A DNA stretch of 64,000 bases, from assembly GCA_036172245.1 (NCBI GenBank), contig JAYWIR010000072.1, positions 248,001 to 312,000 on the forward strand, in the 5' to 3' direction. A program made the position numbers and the translations under genes. The stretch comes from Raillietiella orientalis. Taxonomy: Eukaryota. Each line of letters begins with the position of its first letter. Position 1 is the stretch's first letter. This document shows positions 24,851 through 39,313 of the stretch, piece after piece. The notes under the pieces were generated by a model that did no database searches, had not been told where the DNA came from, and worked only from the letters and a program-made list of their open reading frames with translations.

Positions 24851-26160
24851 CATCAACCTGTAGCACGGCAGATTGAGGAGCAGAACCGTCCCCTGCATCA
24901 GTCACGCTGCACTCAGCTTGCTCTTTGGAGTCGAGGAGCATTGCCTCGGGCTCCAAGCATCGGAAAGCGTTCCAGCCATCACGCTAAAGCCTGGAGAACT
25001 GTATTTGCTAAACATCGATTGGAGTCGAGCATTTCCGGTCCCAGTCCTCTGGCATGCAATTTGAACCAGACTAGTAGATTTGGTACTCGGTTCTCGCCTT
25101 TTACGGTGCGAGATGCTGGACGTCCTCAATTCTACAAAAGGTGAGAGCCTACCGAAATTCTCTGCTGTTGACCACCCCTTTCCCGGAATCGCACGGAAGG
25201 CGATTGAAAGGAAATCGGCTGCAGAGCTCGCAGACAAATCGTTTGAGATGGTCACAGTCCAAGAGTTTCCTGAAGACGAAGTCGCAAAGGTGCTGACAAA
25301 ATGACTCGACGCCTCCGAATAGCTAATCCATTTCCTTGGCAACCTCCTGTTGTTGAACAGAGGTCCGTTTCTTAAGATGAGAAGGTCGAACTCCAATCTG
25401 TGGTGATCCGACAGCTCAGATGGCATTCTCCTTCTCCTTCCTACGCGGGAATACAGTTTATCATCGATGAAAAAATGATCCAGCGATGTTATCATCCCAG
25501 GTTTGCTGTCCATGAAGTTGGTTGGGTGCACATACACGCATATTTCGATTGCTAGCAAGCACTTTCTCGGGCAGATCCAGTCGTCCGAAAGCAGGAGGAA
25601 TTTGAAACGACTTGCGAAAATGTGCGGCTATGATGGGCTGTTCAGCCAGTGGAACTGCATTTTGTAAAAGAATGCGATTCTTTTGGCAAGGCAGCTGGAG
25701 CCACACGGCTCTTACACGTTTGTAGCTACGAAATCGATGGACTCGGACCATTTGACGATAACTTGTTCTAATCGTCTACACTTGTAACGAAAGCACGCAT
25801 TGCTTTCTCGAATTTATCTCTAGCAAACGCCGTTGCGACACAAAGGTGGCGTTCCCTCAGCGCGTTTCTCGATTTTGGTAGCTCGCTCTTCGTAGACTAC
25901 GTTCACCTCCTACAGGAGCACAAGCTGGAACAACTTCAGGGCATTGCATAACAGTCGCCTCTTCTAGCCGTTCTGCAGTTCGTTGACGTTTCAGAATGCA
26001 AATACATATGGCGATCAGATTCGATTCCTCTCACTACTGCTGAGGGGATGCCAGCTTTTTGCTTGTTTTATCCGGTAAGAGGACAGTGTGTAGCACAACT
26101 GTTTGGTCGACACGTTCTCCACCGGCCTCCATCGTGCTGCGTGCCTCCGTGTTTGCCATA
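24851..26160 (-). pseudogene. Old family C-like APE/linker and ORF1 tail, heavily degraded
   Basis: LAIEIC...SKPGM..SLDHFFID...LSDH (ORF 24902..25558) aligns with 4873..5529; NVNELQNG remnant at ~25990. Confidence 0.75.
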
Positions 26161-26989
26161 CAAGCTATCACCTCCACGAGTCTCGGTTCATATGTCGCGG
26201 TAAAAAAACTTCAGCCGCGAATCTCATGACTTTGAATAAATAATAACCACACCTGTTATATAATATATACAAGTTAACTGCATAGCTGAATAAAGCACTT
26301 CGTAAAATACCGAATGGTTATAAAATGTTGTGGGCACATCTCTGAGAACTGTTAGTTTCTAATGCAATTTGTAATTTTCAAGGGTTCAGTTTACAAATAG
26401 CATGTTAAAGTGTTTTGTGAGTACATCATTCCAAGTTGTCATCGCCAAACTAGGAATTATAAGCTGTGCGACTCTTCTGTAACTGCAATTTGCATTCTTT
26501 GAAAACACAAAATCGAAATCTACAGTGACTTTATTCTACGCGGCTGCTCAACTGCTGCGACTTTAATCAGTTTGTCCCTTCAACTTCACCGTCACACCTG
26601 TTCTTGAGGGCCAACTGCATCTTAGGCTGGTCGGAACTGCCTGGATATTACGGCCTGTGCTCAATCTGAAAAATTTTTGAGAATCACTTTTTTCAGGGAA
26701 TTCGATACTCTACATCGATATCCGAAAACACATTCAATAAAGACAGCTCACAAGCAATTCTAATAGGGGTTGGATCAATAGAATTCAGAAAGACTGCAAC
26801 AAAAAGAAGTCGAGACAAACACGAATCACCACAACCCCATACAAGAGAAATTATGGATGATCTGAGAAGGAACTTGCGAAGAAATGGAGTGCTTTCTTAC
26901 GGAGACAAATGCTTTCTTTCCTCACACATTCCTCAAATTCAACATGTGTAAGTACGATATTTGGTACGTACTGTCACACACCATGCGTC

Positions 26990-29900
26990 ATTGCGCAGAC
27001 TGCAAACCAATCACAACCGCGGTCAACACTTGCAAAGACATGATTCAAACATATGCATTACACGTGAAACCAAGATCCGAAGATCCCAGCTGTAGAAGAG
27101 TATGCTGCGAAACGGAGGAGCAAAGAGAGTGCAGAGCAGAGACGACAAGCTGCATACAGCACATCAATAGAGAACACTAACAACGATTTACCACTCCATG
27201 TAACCACACGGCGAAGATCTTGACGCAGCTTGTCCAAACGTCTTAAAAGTTAACTTCTTGCAACAGTTTCCAGTCACGAGACGTGCAAAAAGAAATCAAC
27301 TTGCTCGGAAAATCATCTCCATCTGAAAAAAAGAAAGGTGTTGCAGCATGATAAATCCGAAACGTTCGGTCCACAGCAAGAGGAGGACGTGAAGAAAGAA
27401 TAGAAAGCCATCGGAAATCGTTGAAGTTTCTTTGCTGCAATCACATGCAACTCGATGCAATATACGGGAGAGTGAGAAGCAAGACGGCAGAAGATCAAAC
27501 ATCACGACAAAGTCATCTAAAAATTTAAACACTTATTTACCTTACGTGCTTCGCTTTGTGTTTCGAACGCTGCTCACCCAATATTACTCAGATGGGCTAC
27601 GATGACGTTTACTTTCTTATATGATAGGTAACAAGCGTACTGTTTTGTTCGCAGAATCTCTGAAGCTGTTCCCACTGCAAGCACCTACTGCGTGGTTACA
27701 CTCGCCATATACATGGCCTGAGAGAAGCACGAGAAGGTCAAGATAAACTTTGGATCGCCTGCCGGCTATCCAATGCCACTTTGAGAAATTTTTTGTGCTG
27801 GTAAAGCAGTCATGCGCGAAACGGTTGTCCTCCGAAGATGATCACGGAAACACCAGCAAGATTCGCCAAGACCCGGCGCTCATTCTCCTCGCCACCAATC
27901 ACTGTGTAGTTCTTCAAACCGTAATGAAAAGCTATCCGCCGATAGAAGAGCGTGGTCACTTAAGTTGAGACATGGTTGCAGGCTGTTTAGAACTCAGCCT
28001 TCACATTTTCAGTTCTTACAGCATCATTTAAGCCCACACATTGAAAGTCTCCAGCATCAACCGAGGATTCAGGAACCACCGTTTCAGGCGGACAAACCGG
28101 AAGAGAAGCCAATGCAAATTTAGAGAGAGCGTTAGCTCACAGCGTCAAAGTACAAAACAAGAAGCAAGAAGCAACTATAATTACCTTCGTCCATTACGAT
28201 CCAACAGCAAAGAGTTTGAGTTACAGCAAAGCGTGTTCATAAGGAGTTCGTCAAGTAAAATCGAGTTGTCATGGTCGCTTGGAGAATGGTTGCAATAAAA
28301 TTCCTGACGCTAAAAATACTCAGCGCCACTCATGATGGAGAAGCATCCATAGTGTGGCTCCTCGAAGGGACAGTGGCGTGGCGCCTCCATCCTTGCCCCC
28401 CTCAGTAAACAAATTTCTCCCTTGATAAATAGCCTGGGAGTCTAGTAGGATAAATTAGAGATTTCTGCCGATCTGAATGAGATGAGAGTCGCAGTTCTTG
28501 TCAAATGTAAGCATACAATAGAGCAAAGCCGCGCTATAGCATCTGGTTTTACTCCCGCCAGCAGGAAAGGTGCAGAAAAAAAGGGAATTTAGATCGTCCC
28601 ATGTAAAAACAAAAAGTTCGACTGCAGCAAAATCTCGTGATCATTTAGAGTTTCTTCATTTTAGAATCCTTATTTTTACCAGCGTATCGCATTGAATGGG
28701 CACGTCGCAACCGAGAAGGGTCTGCAACGCTCGGCTGTCATGCAGAAATCAACATTCTGAGCAGCCTCACGTCTCAGAGGTTTCCCTCGCATTCGCGGCA
28801 CACAACTCAAAGGCGCTGCCCAGTGCTGCCTGGAGGAAAGATGGTGCAAGCTTGAGTAATTTTCTGATTCGACTGCATGTTTTCATGGCGTCGTTAAAAT
28901 TGTCTTCTTAAACTTTCCTACCTTTTGCGTCCATGATGGTACCGTACAATCCACGTGAACGGTGTTGCTTCGTTCCGTTTTCTCCTCCTGCTTGTTGTTT
29001 CTCATTTGCCCACCCGCACTGCCCTAATGCTTCCTCCCTAAGGTATTGAGAATTAAGAGCTTTCTATCCTTTCCGTCCGCCTTCTCCTCTGTTTCTTTGT
29101 TTGGATTCGAAAAGCAGCATGGAACTCACCCATTCCAAGCATTCGCAGCATAGGTCGAGAGGGCTCTCCGGAGCATCCCGTCAGGCGTGCCTCTTCCTAT
29201 TGAATTGTATGCAGCACACGAAAGATGCGTGCGCGCGTCGGACCGCCTCGCAACGCACGAGGCGCTCTTCTTAGAAGGGAGAGCAGAACGGTAATGATCC
29301 AATGCTCCACACGGATCGCTGTCATCGAGGAAAAGCAGTGCGCTCATGTTTTGTGTTATATTCGAATGATTCCTGGGTAACTCCTGTGCATATCAAGTGA
29401 TGGATGCTAAGAATCGAATACTGGGAATTTTCTGAGCAACTGTTTTCTACTGATAAAAAGCAATCTGTACTCTGGCGCTCTCAGGAAAGGTTTTCTGCAG
29501 GTGGTACACTGGTAACGCTTGATCTTTCAAAAGCAAACCATAAGATAGCAATGCATCCTACTGCCTTTATGTAAATAACATTTCCTTAAATTAACTCTGT
29601 GCCAGGAGTCAACATTCACCTTTATGTAAATGTTGACTCCTGGCACAGAGTTAAACATGAAGGAATTCACCTCCGAAAAGAGGAGTTGACAGCATTGCGG
29701 CAGCATGAGCTTCATCTCCTGTTCGGATTAAAATCACGTACTGTGCTGGAAAAAGTGTAAACTTCTGCATGCTCTAGTCCACACGCCTCTCCACATCTGT
29801 GTTTGCACTCTCAGGGTGCATTCCAAACAACCTTCGATTTTTCACAGGTGCGGTGGCACTGAAAGAGGCAAGAAAAAAATGAGTTCGTGATTTCAGCATT

Positions 29901-32670
29901 AGCTGGTTTTCTAATCTTTTCCACCACTCCCCCTAAATCTCAGCTGGAGGTGAGTGCATCTGTCATATGTGAGTTGTTCCGTCCTCTGAGGAATTGCCAA
30001 ATGACTTCCTGCGCGCAGAATGCAATTTGGCTAGACACTCCTCTGTAAGCAGCGTGTTCCGCATCTCGCAAAGTCAATTGATCTCTAAGAATATCATATG
30101 GAATTTAAGCATAAGAACTCTCTATTAAAAGGTCGAATAGGCCTTGATTGCTTCGCAATGGAAATATATTCATCATGATGGATCGGGGAGACTTTTCTCC
30201 AAAATGCATATTCTTACTTGGTCAGGTCAGAGAAGTTGTTGCGGAAACGGAAGCTAAATCGTAAAGGAAAAACAATCAACAGGAAAATCAAAAGTTCTTT
30301 TCCCGCCTGCAGAATTCAATTCTGCTGATTGAGCGTTTGTGCAAGACAATTTTAGCGACGCCATGCAGACATGCAGTCGAATGATAAAATTTCTAAAGCT
30401 CGCACCATCTCCCCTCCTGGCAGCACTGGGCAACGCCTTTGAGTTGTGCCGCGAATGCGAGGCAAGACTGAGACGTGAGGCTGCTCAGAATGTTGATTTC
30501 TGCATGGCAGCCGAGCGTTGCGGACCCTTCTCGTTTGCGACGTGCCTATTCAATGCGATACGCTGGGAAAAATAAAGAAAGATTCCAAAATAAAGAAACT
30601 CTAAATAATCATGAGATTTTGTTGCAGTCGAACTCTTTGTTTTTACATGGCACGATCTAAATTCCCTTTTTTTCTACACCTTTCCTGCTGACGGGAGTAA
30701 AACCGAGTGCTTCAGCACGGCTTTGCTCTGCTGTATGGTTACACTTGACGAAAACTGCGAATCCAATCTAAATAAGATCGCCAGAAATCACTGCTCCATC
30801 TTACTAGACTCCAAGGCTATTTATTAGTCTATTGAGGAATTTGTTCATTGAAAGCGTTGAGAATGGAATAGTCACTCTGCTGTCCCTTCGAGCAAGCATC
30901 CTATGGATCCGTCTCCGTCATGGGAAACCCTGTGTATTTTTAGCGTCAGGAGTTTTATTACAACGTTTCACCAAGCGACTATCACATCTAAGTTTTAAGA
31001 GATTAACCTCTTATGACCACGCTTTGCTGAAATGCAAACTCTTTGCTGGTGGATCGTCATCGACGAAACTTGCTCGTCTCTCCTCGTTCAGCAGAAATCT
31101 CGTTTGCAATCATTTCCTTTTCACTTGAATCTTTAGTTTCCCTTAACAGAAAGAACCAGCGTTCCACTTATGAGCGACTGTCGTCGGCCTAGAAGACTTC
31201 AGCTGTAGAAGAGTTGCTAGCCTATGCAGGGAAGCCTTTCGGATCATGATCCGTTCCCTTTAAAGATTGGTGCATTTTTAGTTTTTCGCTGCATGTATGA
31301 GTCGATGTATGTGCAGTAGCATCTTCAGGCACTTTCGACTCTACATTCAGGTGGTCTGCTTCGTAGCTAAAGCATCTCGTTTATTTGCGTGTTAAGGAGT
31401 ACTTTGCTTTCCTCTGTTTATTCATTTACGATAAATCCCCCGTTGTTTTGGATCTTCATTTGCTTTTCTTTTAGTACTGTTCTTGCTTCTTGTTTTCTAC
31501 TTGAACGCTGTGAGCTAACTCTCGCTGGTAAGTTGCATTGGGTTCTATTCCGGTTTGTCCGCCGGAAACGGTCGTTCCTGATTCTTCGGATGATGCAGGA
31601 GACTTTCAATTTATGAGCTCCAATGAAGCTGTAAGAACTGAAACTGTGAAGGCTGAATACTGAACTGAATCCAACCTTCTAACAGCTTAATGCACGATGC
31701 TCTTCTATCGGCTCTTCTATCGCTCCTTTACTGCTTGGGAAACTACAAAGAGATTGGAAGCAAGGAGAACAAGGGCACGGTTTATGGCGAATGTTACTGA
31801 TGTTTCCATTACCTTCTTTGGAGGACAACCGCTTAGCGAATGACGGCTTCAACAACGCAAAATTTCCGCAAAGTGGTGCTGGATGACCGGGTAGAGATGT
31901 GTAGGGTATCTTGGCTATCTCGTGCATCTATCGGGACATGTATATGGTGAGAGCGTACACGCAGCAGCTGCTGAGATTCTGGGAGCAAAACGGTACGCTT
32001 GTTACCTATCTTATAAAAAATTAAGCGTCATCGTAGACACCTAAGTGATATTGGGTGAGTAGAGTTTGAAACACAAAACGAATAACGTAAGGCAGATAAG
32101 TGTTTAGATAGGAGTTTTAGATAACTTTTTCGTGATGTTTAAGCAGAAGAACAACTTCCGGCGTCTTGCTTCGTACTGTCCAGTATGTTGCATCCAGCTG
32201 CATGTGATTCAATTAGAGAAACTTCATCGAATTCCGGTTGCTTTCCATTCCGTTTTCACATCCTTTTCTAGCTGTGGACCGGATGTTTCGGATTTATCGC
32301 GCTGCCATGGATATCATTTTCGAAGCAACCTGATTTCTTCTTGCACGTCTCGTGAGTGGAAACCGTTGCACAGACTCAGCGTTTAATACGTTCGGAGAAG
32401 CTCCATGTAGTTCTTTGCCGTGTGGCCTCATGGAGCGATAAATTGCTGTTACAGTTTTTTTATGTGCTGTAGGCAGCTTGTCGTTTCCTGTCTGCACCCG
32501 CTTTGCTTCTCCGTCTGGCAGCAAACTTTCCTACAGCTGGGATTCCTGGATGTTTGAATCACATGTGTTGAAGTGAAATGATTTCATAAGCTGTGGGCGC
32601 TGGACTTGTTTGACTCATGTCGTTGCAAGTGTTGACCACGGTTCTTATTGGTTTGAAGTCTGCGCAATTT
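26990..32670. repeat. Older, diverged AT-rich inverted repeat (arms ~26990-28906 and ~30343-32670)
   Basis: Examples: ggcgtcgttaaaattgtctt (28887) vs aagacaattttagcgacgcc (30343); CADCKPITTAVNTCKDM (~27000,+) vs CADFKPIRTVVNTCNDM (~32650,-). Confidence 0.88.
29591..29654. repeat. Perfect hairpin, 26-bp stem and 12-nt loop
   Basis: ttaactctgtgccaggagtcaacatt-cacctttatgta-aatgttgactcctggcacagagttaa. Confidence 0.97.
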
Positions 32671-35600
32671 TGCATTTCTGTAGAAACAGAGGTTAATTCC
32701 GTTAGAACGCGGCATTCCTTATTAGGACTCATCCCGTGTGAAGTTTTGGAAGGCATGATGCTGTGGCGACTATTCTTCATAGTCGTAAGGAAATTCATTT
32801 GTATTTCGGCATATCGCTTCCTCAATCTTTCTTCCCTCTGTTTGGAGTTGCCCTATGTGGCGCACTCTTAATCTTGTAGGCGCAAGTTAGGGAAAGGTGT
32901 AGTTTTTTTTTGCTCTGAATTTATTTCTTGAGAGTGCTTAGGACGTCAATTGGATCTTTGTTATAGCAGTGCGTTTGCCCTATTTCAATTTGTGTATGGT
33001 AGTCGAGATTCTTTGCAGCGTGTTTCGTTTGTTCCTTCACTCAGTTTGCTTCAAGGATACAGCTTTGGTGCTGAACGAAAGAGTTTTCTTAAGAGGCACC
33101 ATGAATTTTGTTGCATGTTCCCTAGAACGGCTCGTTTTTCTGTTAGCGTTTCTAGTCTATTGATTGGTGCAATGTATTTCGTCAAGTTGATTTCGCTCAC
33201 TGTTCAGTCCTTCATATGTTCAATTTAGCATTTTACGCAATGTTTGATGCGTATTTCCATCTCTCTGCCGTATGCAAGCAGTTCATTGTATATGGAAGGA
33301 ACGTCTGTGAGGCAAGTGGTGCTTGATTTTGTCTTTGGAGAAACACGCTCGGTCTCTCGAGCGTGCAATTTGCAAAAGCACTTCGCTTAGCGTGAAGGTG
33401 CATTTCTGTTGTAATGGGATGATTCCTTTACTCTTGCCCTTTTCTTCATACTGTGTTTCTGATTTTGCCTTGGTTCTTGTAACACTTACGCGCACTTTGT
33501 TGTTGCTGATGCTAGTGTTTTTATTTTCTGGAAATGTTCATAGGATATTTAAAGTCTTTTATTGTGGAAAAGGATTCTAAGAGAGCTTACTGTTTGACGA
33601 CAGTGTCGAAAAAAAGCAACTTTTCTATGAGGACAGATGGTGCTCAACCGAATCGAAGAGTTTACTGTTTAAAAATCCGTGATTGGCGTGCGGAAACCTT
33701 TTTGTTCTAGCTGTGTATACAGCTCAACACACTTCTTTTGTGTAAATTTTTTTCCCAAGCTTTCCTTTGACTGTAAGGAAATTGTTTGCAGCCATTTTTC
33801 GTAACTGGGAAGTTTAGTACTCTATGTGTCCTTTCGGGTGATAAAGTGTCACCGAATCCTTTTTCTTTGTAGGCTGTGCTGTTCAGCTATGCTGCCCTTT
33901 CTGCAGAATGTTCTGATACGGAAAACACTACAATTCCATTGTTCAGATCGCTCGCACACGTCATTGGCCTAGCGAACAAGCGAGGGCCATGTATTTCTGC
34001 TTTCGCCAACGATTTTGGAACGTGTGAACTGTCGTTCAATAACTTGCGAGTTCAATTGCAACGTGGCTCGTGTTCCCTGTCTTTTTTTGTAAGCCCACGT
34101 TTGCAATATAATAGGACTTAGCAAGGTTTCAGTTGCCAGAATTCCAAGGAAGTATGATGGTTGAGTTCCTTGTAAATGATTTCAATGGGGATTGCTACCT
34201 ACAACTTTCAGCAACTGTATCTCGAAGGTACGTTACAGTTCAGTTTTTGCTATGTGTTTGAATGTGCTGTGCTTCAAGCATCAGTGTCCGTTTTGACCTT
34301 TCTTGATGAGAACTATCTCAAAACCGTGGAAAAGGGTGGTTATGTTACAACTTATTAGAATCCTTTGAAATATGAAGGATATGCAAACGTGAATTTTTTC
34401 AAAACTTTTCTTTCAATGTTTTTCTTCTCTCAAAGTAGGAAAAGTGTCTTAAAAATATTTCACATTGATAAGGGAACGAAGGCTGATGCACTTTGTTTGT
34501 GGGTACTTTGGCTGTTGGGTTGTTTTGAGTTCTGGATGTCCTCAGGATAAAAAATGACATTTATTTTTGACATTTATTTCACCACTATATGCTCTTGTTA
34601 CACAAGAAAAAAAAACTCGTCCATCGCTAGATTTTTTTTAGGGAAATACGCATTGAAAGTTCAAATACACGTGTCTTTCTTGTGTGTTGCATCTCTTGAT
34701 AACGTATTGTACTTTCAATATGCTTCAGGCTTGTCCCTGGAAGAAATCTGGGATATGTTCCGAGCACACTGAAGTGCAGATGGAAACCTCCCCCAAATAA
34801 AAATTTTGTAGTTCTATTGAGGAGTCCAACTCAGTGAGCAAAGTGTTTCCTCATTTATATTAAAGGATCCGATCACATCATTCATTGATAATAAAAAGTT
34901 ATTGCACTCTATTTAGAAAATTCTTAAGTGAATTTATCTTGTTCTAGGATAAAAAACACACTAAAGTTCTTAAGTACTCCACGTAATCAGAAAAGAAGAC
35001 ACTAATAATTGGAATTGAAACATTTTCAGAGATTAATTCAAGGCATAACGAGTGTGCTATTCTGAGTTATGGATTCCAGATGACATATCACCAACAGTGT
35101 TTTTTCATTTTCTGATCAGAGTCGAATGCTCATACGTCATACGTGACCCTCTTACCATTGCAATTCACAAAGAGAATAAGGGATGGATTCTGTTAACATA
35201 ACAAAGCATTTGCGCGCTCTGATGATGAAATCATCAATCACATTAGGAAGCACTACACGATGACTGTCGGTATTTTTATACAATACTTCGCTGAGAATGA
35301 GAACTATTTGCAGGAATCTACAGGTAAGTTAAAACGCTCATAGTCCCTCAATTGATACTTACATTTGTCAAGAATATTAAGAACAAGTGGCTTGCTTAAG
35401 TTATTCGCAGATACATATTGATATTCATTTGCAACCACATCTAAATCACCAGCAGAATACATTTTCTTAATTATCGTATTGCTATACAGAGAAACGGATG
35501 CGAACTTCATCACTTAATGAATAAATGAAGTGATTTGACGGAACTTCATTTCTTTCATTAGCTTACTTGCAACTCGGGAATTCTGTTTTTCATGATTAAG

Positions 35601-35835
35601 TTTTCATTTCATTTGTCCGTTGAACGATGTTTGCACGATTTTCTCAAACGTGGTGGTTCTCGTGGAGTCACTGCTATAGTCATTACTCATCTTTCTGCGT
35701 TTACCTTCGAATAAATAAAAAGTATTTACTGAGAGTGACATATAAAGTCCTGGTACAGGCTTTAGACAGAAACTTTGTAGACAAGTTAGTCAATTTTCTG
35801 TTAGAGAGCGCTAAAGAATACATGACATTTGATTT

Positions 35836-37940
35836 TTCAACCAGGTGAGCCGAAGCTTTCATCATTAAAATTCCTTACATAGAAAAATTCAATAATAAAT
35901 TCTTTTTTGTGAACTGAATTTTTCTTTTTGGGTCAGCACAGAAGTTTCGTTGTCTGGACGCACTTGTTCTTATCAACCAACAGGCCGATAAGGTCCTGCA
36001 CACTCGCGCAGGGGCAGCAAAAACAAAAACCAAAAAAAAAAAAACGCCTGGGGATTGCAATGTTTTTGGAAGGGGAGAAAAGGTAAGGCACCACGGTACG
36101 CCGTGTGAAGGTCTTTACATGCTGTTTCGGATGCGAAAAAGTGTCTGTAAAGGTTTTCGAAGTCGGCGCCAACGGAAGGCCATCCCCAAAGAGATGGCGG
36201 CCCAGTGGATGGCATTCCGACAGGTGCGGACTCTTCTTAACGCGGTCCACTTATCCAGGATTCCGTGCATGCAAAAGAGTACTGCTACACCTCCAGAGGC
36301 TGACATGGAGTCCTGCAACAAGAGGCGTCCAAAAATTTTCTCTGGGTTTTCCCCCGGAATAGTTAGGGCTCACCAGAGTAAATCCAAAAACATCTGACCA
36401 AGGACAACAGACTCTAGAATTAGGTTAAGGAAGGTCTCCCTTTTTCCGCACTCTCCGTAGTTGGCATCCACACACCCCGATGTCCACTGAGACAGGTGCG
36501 TTCTGCTTAAAAGTCCGCAATGCCATCTCCTGCCACTGCAGAAGAAAAGTGCCGTTATCGCAAGACGCTGAGGGCCACTTCGCCTTTTCCATGTCGAGCA
36601 GGTTGCCCCAGCGTACAAGTCCATTCGGTTGGACATTCGGAGTACTAGCTTCCGCTAGTTCCCGAGAAGTCCACGCCTTCATCCGTTTTTTGCTGCCTGC
36701 GATGAGGAGGGACACTTCCAACGATGCCTCCTAATGGATGACACTGACTTTCCTGAAGAAGAACAACAAGGGAGCAAGGAGATTGGAGGAAGCCCACAAA
36801 AGTTTCCGTGGGTTGCATATGATCTCCAACAGTGGCTGACCAGCGTACCTGTCTCGACGGAGGCAGGAGAAGTCCACAACGCTGGAGCCGTTGAATTTTG
36901 CCCACGCGGAAACAGACTCTTGTACCCAAATAATGCACTCCGCGGGGATACAGGAGATCCACGGATTCTCTCTCAGCAGGGTGACCAGATCGCGTAGTTT
37001 GAACCCACAATGGTTCAGACTACGGTCGTTAGTTACCAGGATTAAGGTCAAACCGCAGCAGCGGGTTGCCCTGAGGGCGAGAGGCTTTGCGGCAATATAC
37101 CAAAGTGCTTGCCTATTCTTTGCCACAAAGGAAAGTTTACTAAATTGGAGCTGTCGTTCCAAGCGCTCTAACGCGAGAAGATCAAGTCCATCGTCCCAGC
37201 ATACAGCGCAAAAGTCTTGAAGCAGAAAATGAAGACTCCGGTTGCAACAAAAAGATTTCCGTATGGGGCCCCTTGTCCGTGTCCCAATTTAAGAAGGGGC
37301 GGCACACACAAGAAGTAGGGGGCGACAGGAGGGGGCCGCAAAGGCGTTCTACACCATGGCCCGCTCCTGCAACTAAAACTTGCATCCAGGAACGGGCATA
37401 CCGCCAATTCAAACTTTTGGTGACCGCCAGACCATGTCCCAGCTGCGCAGAAGTTTCCCAATGGAACGCCAAGGTACTCAAAGAACCTCGCCATGGGGTT
37501 CACCAAACGGACCCAGTCCTGCTTCCCTGCCCACACCGCACCAACTGGCACCACCGACGACTTCGCTCTGCTCACATGTAATCCGGTCCCGCAGCTAAAC
37601 AGATCATACAAATCCCCGACAGCCGTTGCCGGGGTGGACGTCGGGAAAAAGAGCAGAAGATAATCGGTATAGGCTGCTACGGCGGACGTGCCGGGCCACG
37701 AGTTGGGCAAGGGGGCAAACGTCACCCTATAAGCTCTTAGCACCAACTCAAAGTAGGTGCTAATGAGCAGGGGACTGAGGCTATCTCCCTGCCGTATGCC
37801 TCGCCGTGCCGGCACGCCGTACGCCATTTGACCTTTGAAAGGGATGTTCAATAGCGCACTGCTCCAGCAAGAGCGCGGGAAGGTCAGTAGGGAGGGAGGG
37901 AAGCCCTTGCGACCCAGGGGCTCCAAGAGGAGATCCTAAT
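35836..37940 (-). pseudogene. LINE family F 3' part (RT to 3' end), degraded
   Basis: GIRQGDSLSPLL and AYTDY (ORF 37168..37926), ENPWISCIP, LLQWQE; degenerate terminal hairpin at 35836-35870. Confidence 0.85.
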
Positions 37941-37974
37941 TTACGCAGTACAACACTTTGTGCACTCTAGGGCA

Positions 37975-39313
37975 GACGTCTTTTCTCGGTGCTCCTCGTG
38001 CCAGAAAGTCTCCCTTAGTGCAAGCGTAGTGTGGTTCGGTAGTCGACCAGGCAGCGATGCCTGAAACGACCACCAGGGAAGGCCAGGTGGCAGTGACAGC
38101 GCCTCCTCCAGAAGCGATGGAGAGCCAGGAAGCGGCGGCAACATCGTCCTTAGAGACGATGGAAGTGGGGGCATCCGCCCCCAAAGAATCGATCCCCGCT
38201 GCAGCGCGAACGTGGAGCACCGTTGTGGAGGCGACAGAGCCTGCAGCCACTGCGGAATGGTCAGCCTACCTGGAGGAGGGGTGTAAACCCTCATTGCTCT
38301 ACAAGGTAGGCAATCTATACTGTTCAGAGAGTGCGCGAATTTTTTCGAAAAGGATTCGGGCTCTGGTTGTTAAAGAGGAGGTGCTCATCGCTATGACCAT
38401 CCGCAGCGGGGGTCAGTACGTTGAGGTCATCTGCAAACAAGCAAAGTTGGCCCAACGACAGCTAAAAACTCTCGTGGTGATGGGGACGCGCAGGCTTCTC
38501 CCCACTACGGTGGACCGCAGCATGGTGGTCCACCTATAAGGCGTCACCGCGCGGATGCGCAAGGAACAGGTTCGCGCCGCGTTGGAGCAATACGATACGG
38601 TTCACGCGCTGTGGAAGAAAGTTAGTCCCTTTGAGGACTACACAGGGATGCAGCACGGCTTCACGGCTGCACGCGTGACCGTTCAAGAGGGCTGCACTCT
38701 TCCCCACAAACTGGTGGTCGATGGCGAAACCGTCGTCCTCTGGTATATGGGAAATCCGAAATACTGCGGATTCTGCAATACGTCGGGCCACCTCAAAAAG
38801 TGGTGTCTAAACGTGCAGTGCCAAGCATGCGGCACAATGGGTCACACGAGAGAGGTGTGCCCCAAAGCAGGTGTGTGGGTGGTTTCAAAGAGAAAACTTG
38901 AATAACGCGCCCGGTTGCTGCAGAAAAGGCTGGCGGTGAAAGCTGCCGCGAAGGCCGTGCCACCCGCGCCCTAGGCCCAGGTTGCACCCGAGACCACGGC
39001 AATCAAGGCCGATAAAGTCGAGGGAACCAGCCAAGAGCCTAGGTGGCAGGTAGCAACGGCAAGAAAAAGCAAAAAGGAGAGAAGATTGGAGTAAAAAATT
39101 ACCAGCAGAAGAAAAAAGAGCAGGGTAGCTCGATAATTTAAGAGTGCAGCGTCGTCGTGGAACGCATTCCCGATGTTATTTAACGCTGCCAGAAAGAACT
39201 CGCTGCTACCGACGACCACCCCTCTGTTGACTCTGTCAACAGCGAGGGGAGCGAGCCGGCGGCGGCGTCCGTCATCGACACCAACATCGATGACGCAGCT
39301 TTCGCGCGTGCGG
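37975..39313 (+). pseudogene. LINE family E 5' end + ORF1 (stops at ~38537 and ~38903), truncated by a chimeric junction
   Basis: ORFs 38057..38539 and 38555..38905 (CGFCNTSGHLKKWC, CQACGTMGHTREVC); 5' motif AGACGTCTTTT at ~37974. Confidence 0.87.

Noticed and set aside
26160..35830. Host genes in the AT-rich interval
   Set aside because: Only short ORFs (<100 aa), frames not conserved between the repeat copies, and no recognisable domain. A spliced or decayed gene cannot be ruled out by eye.
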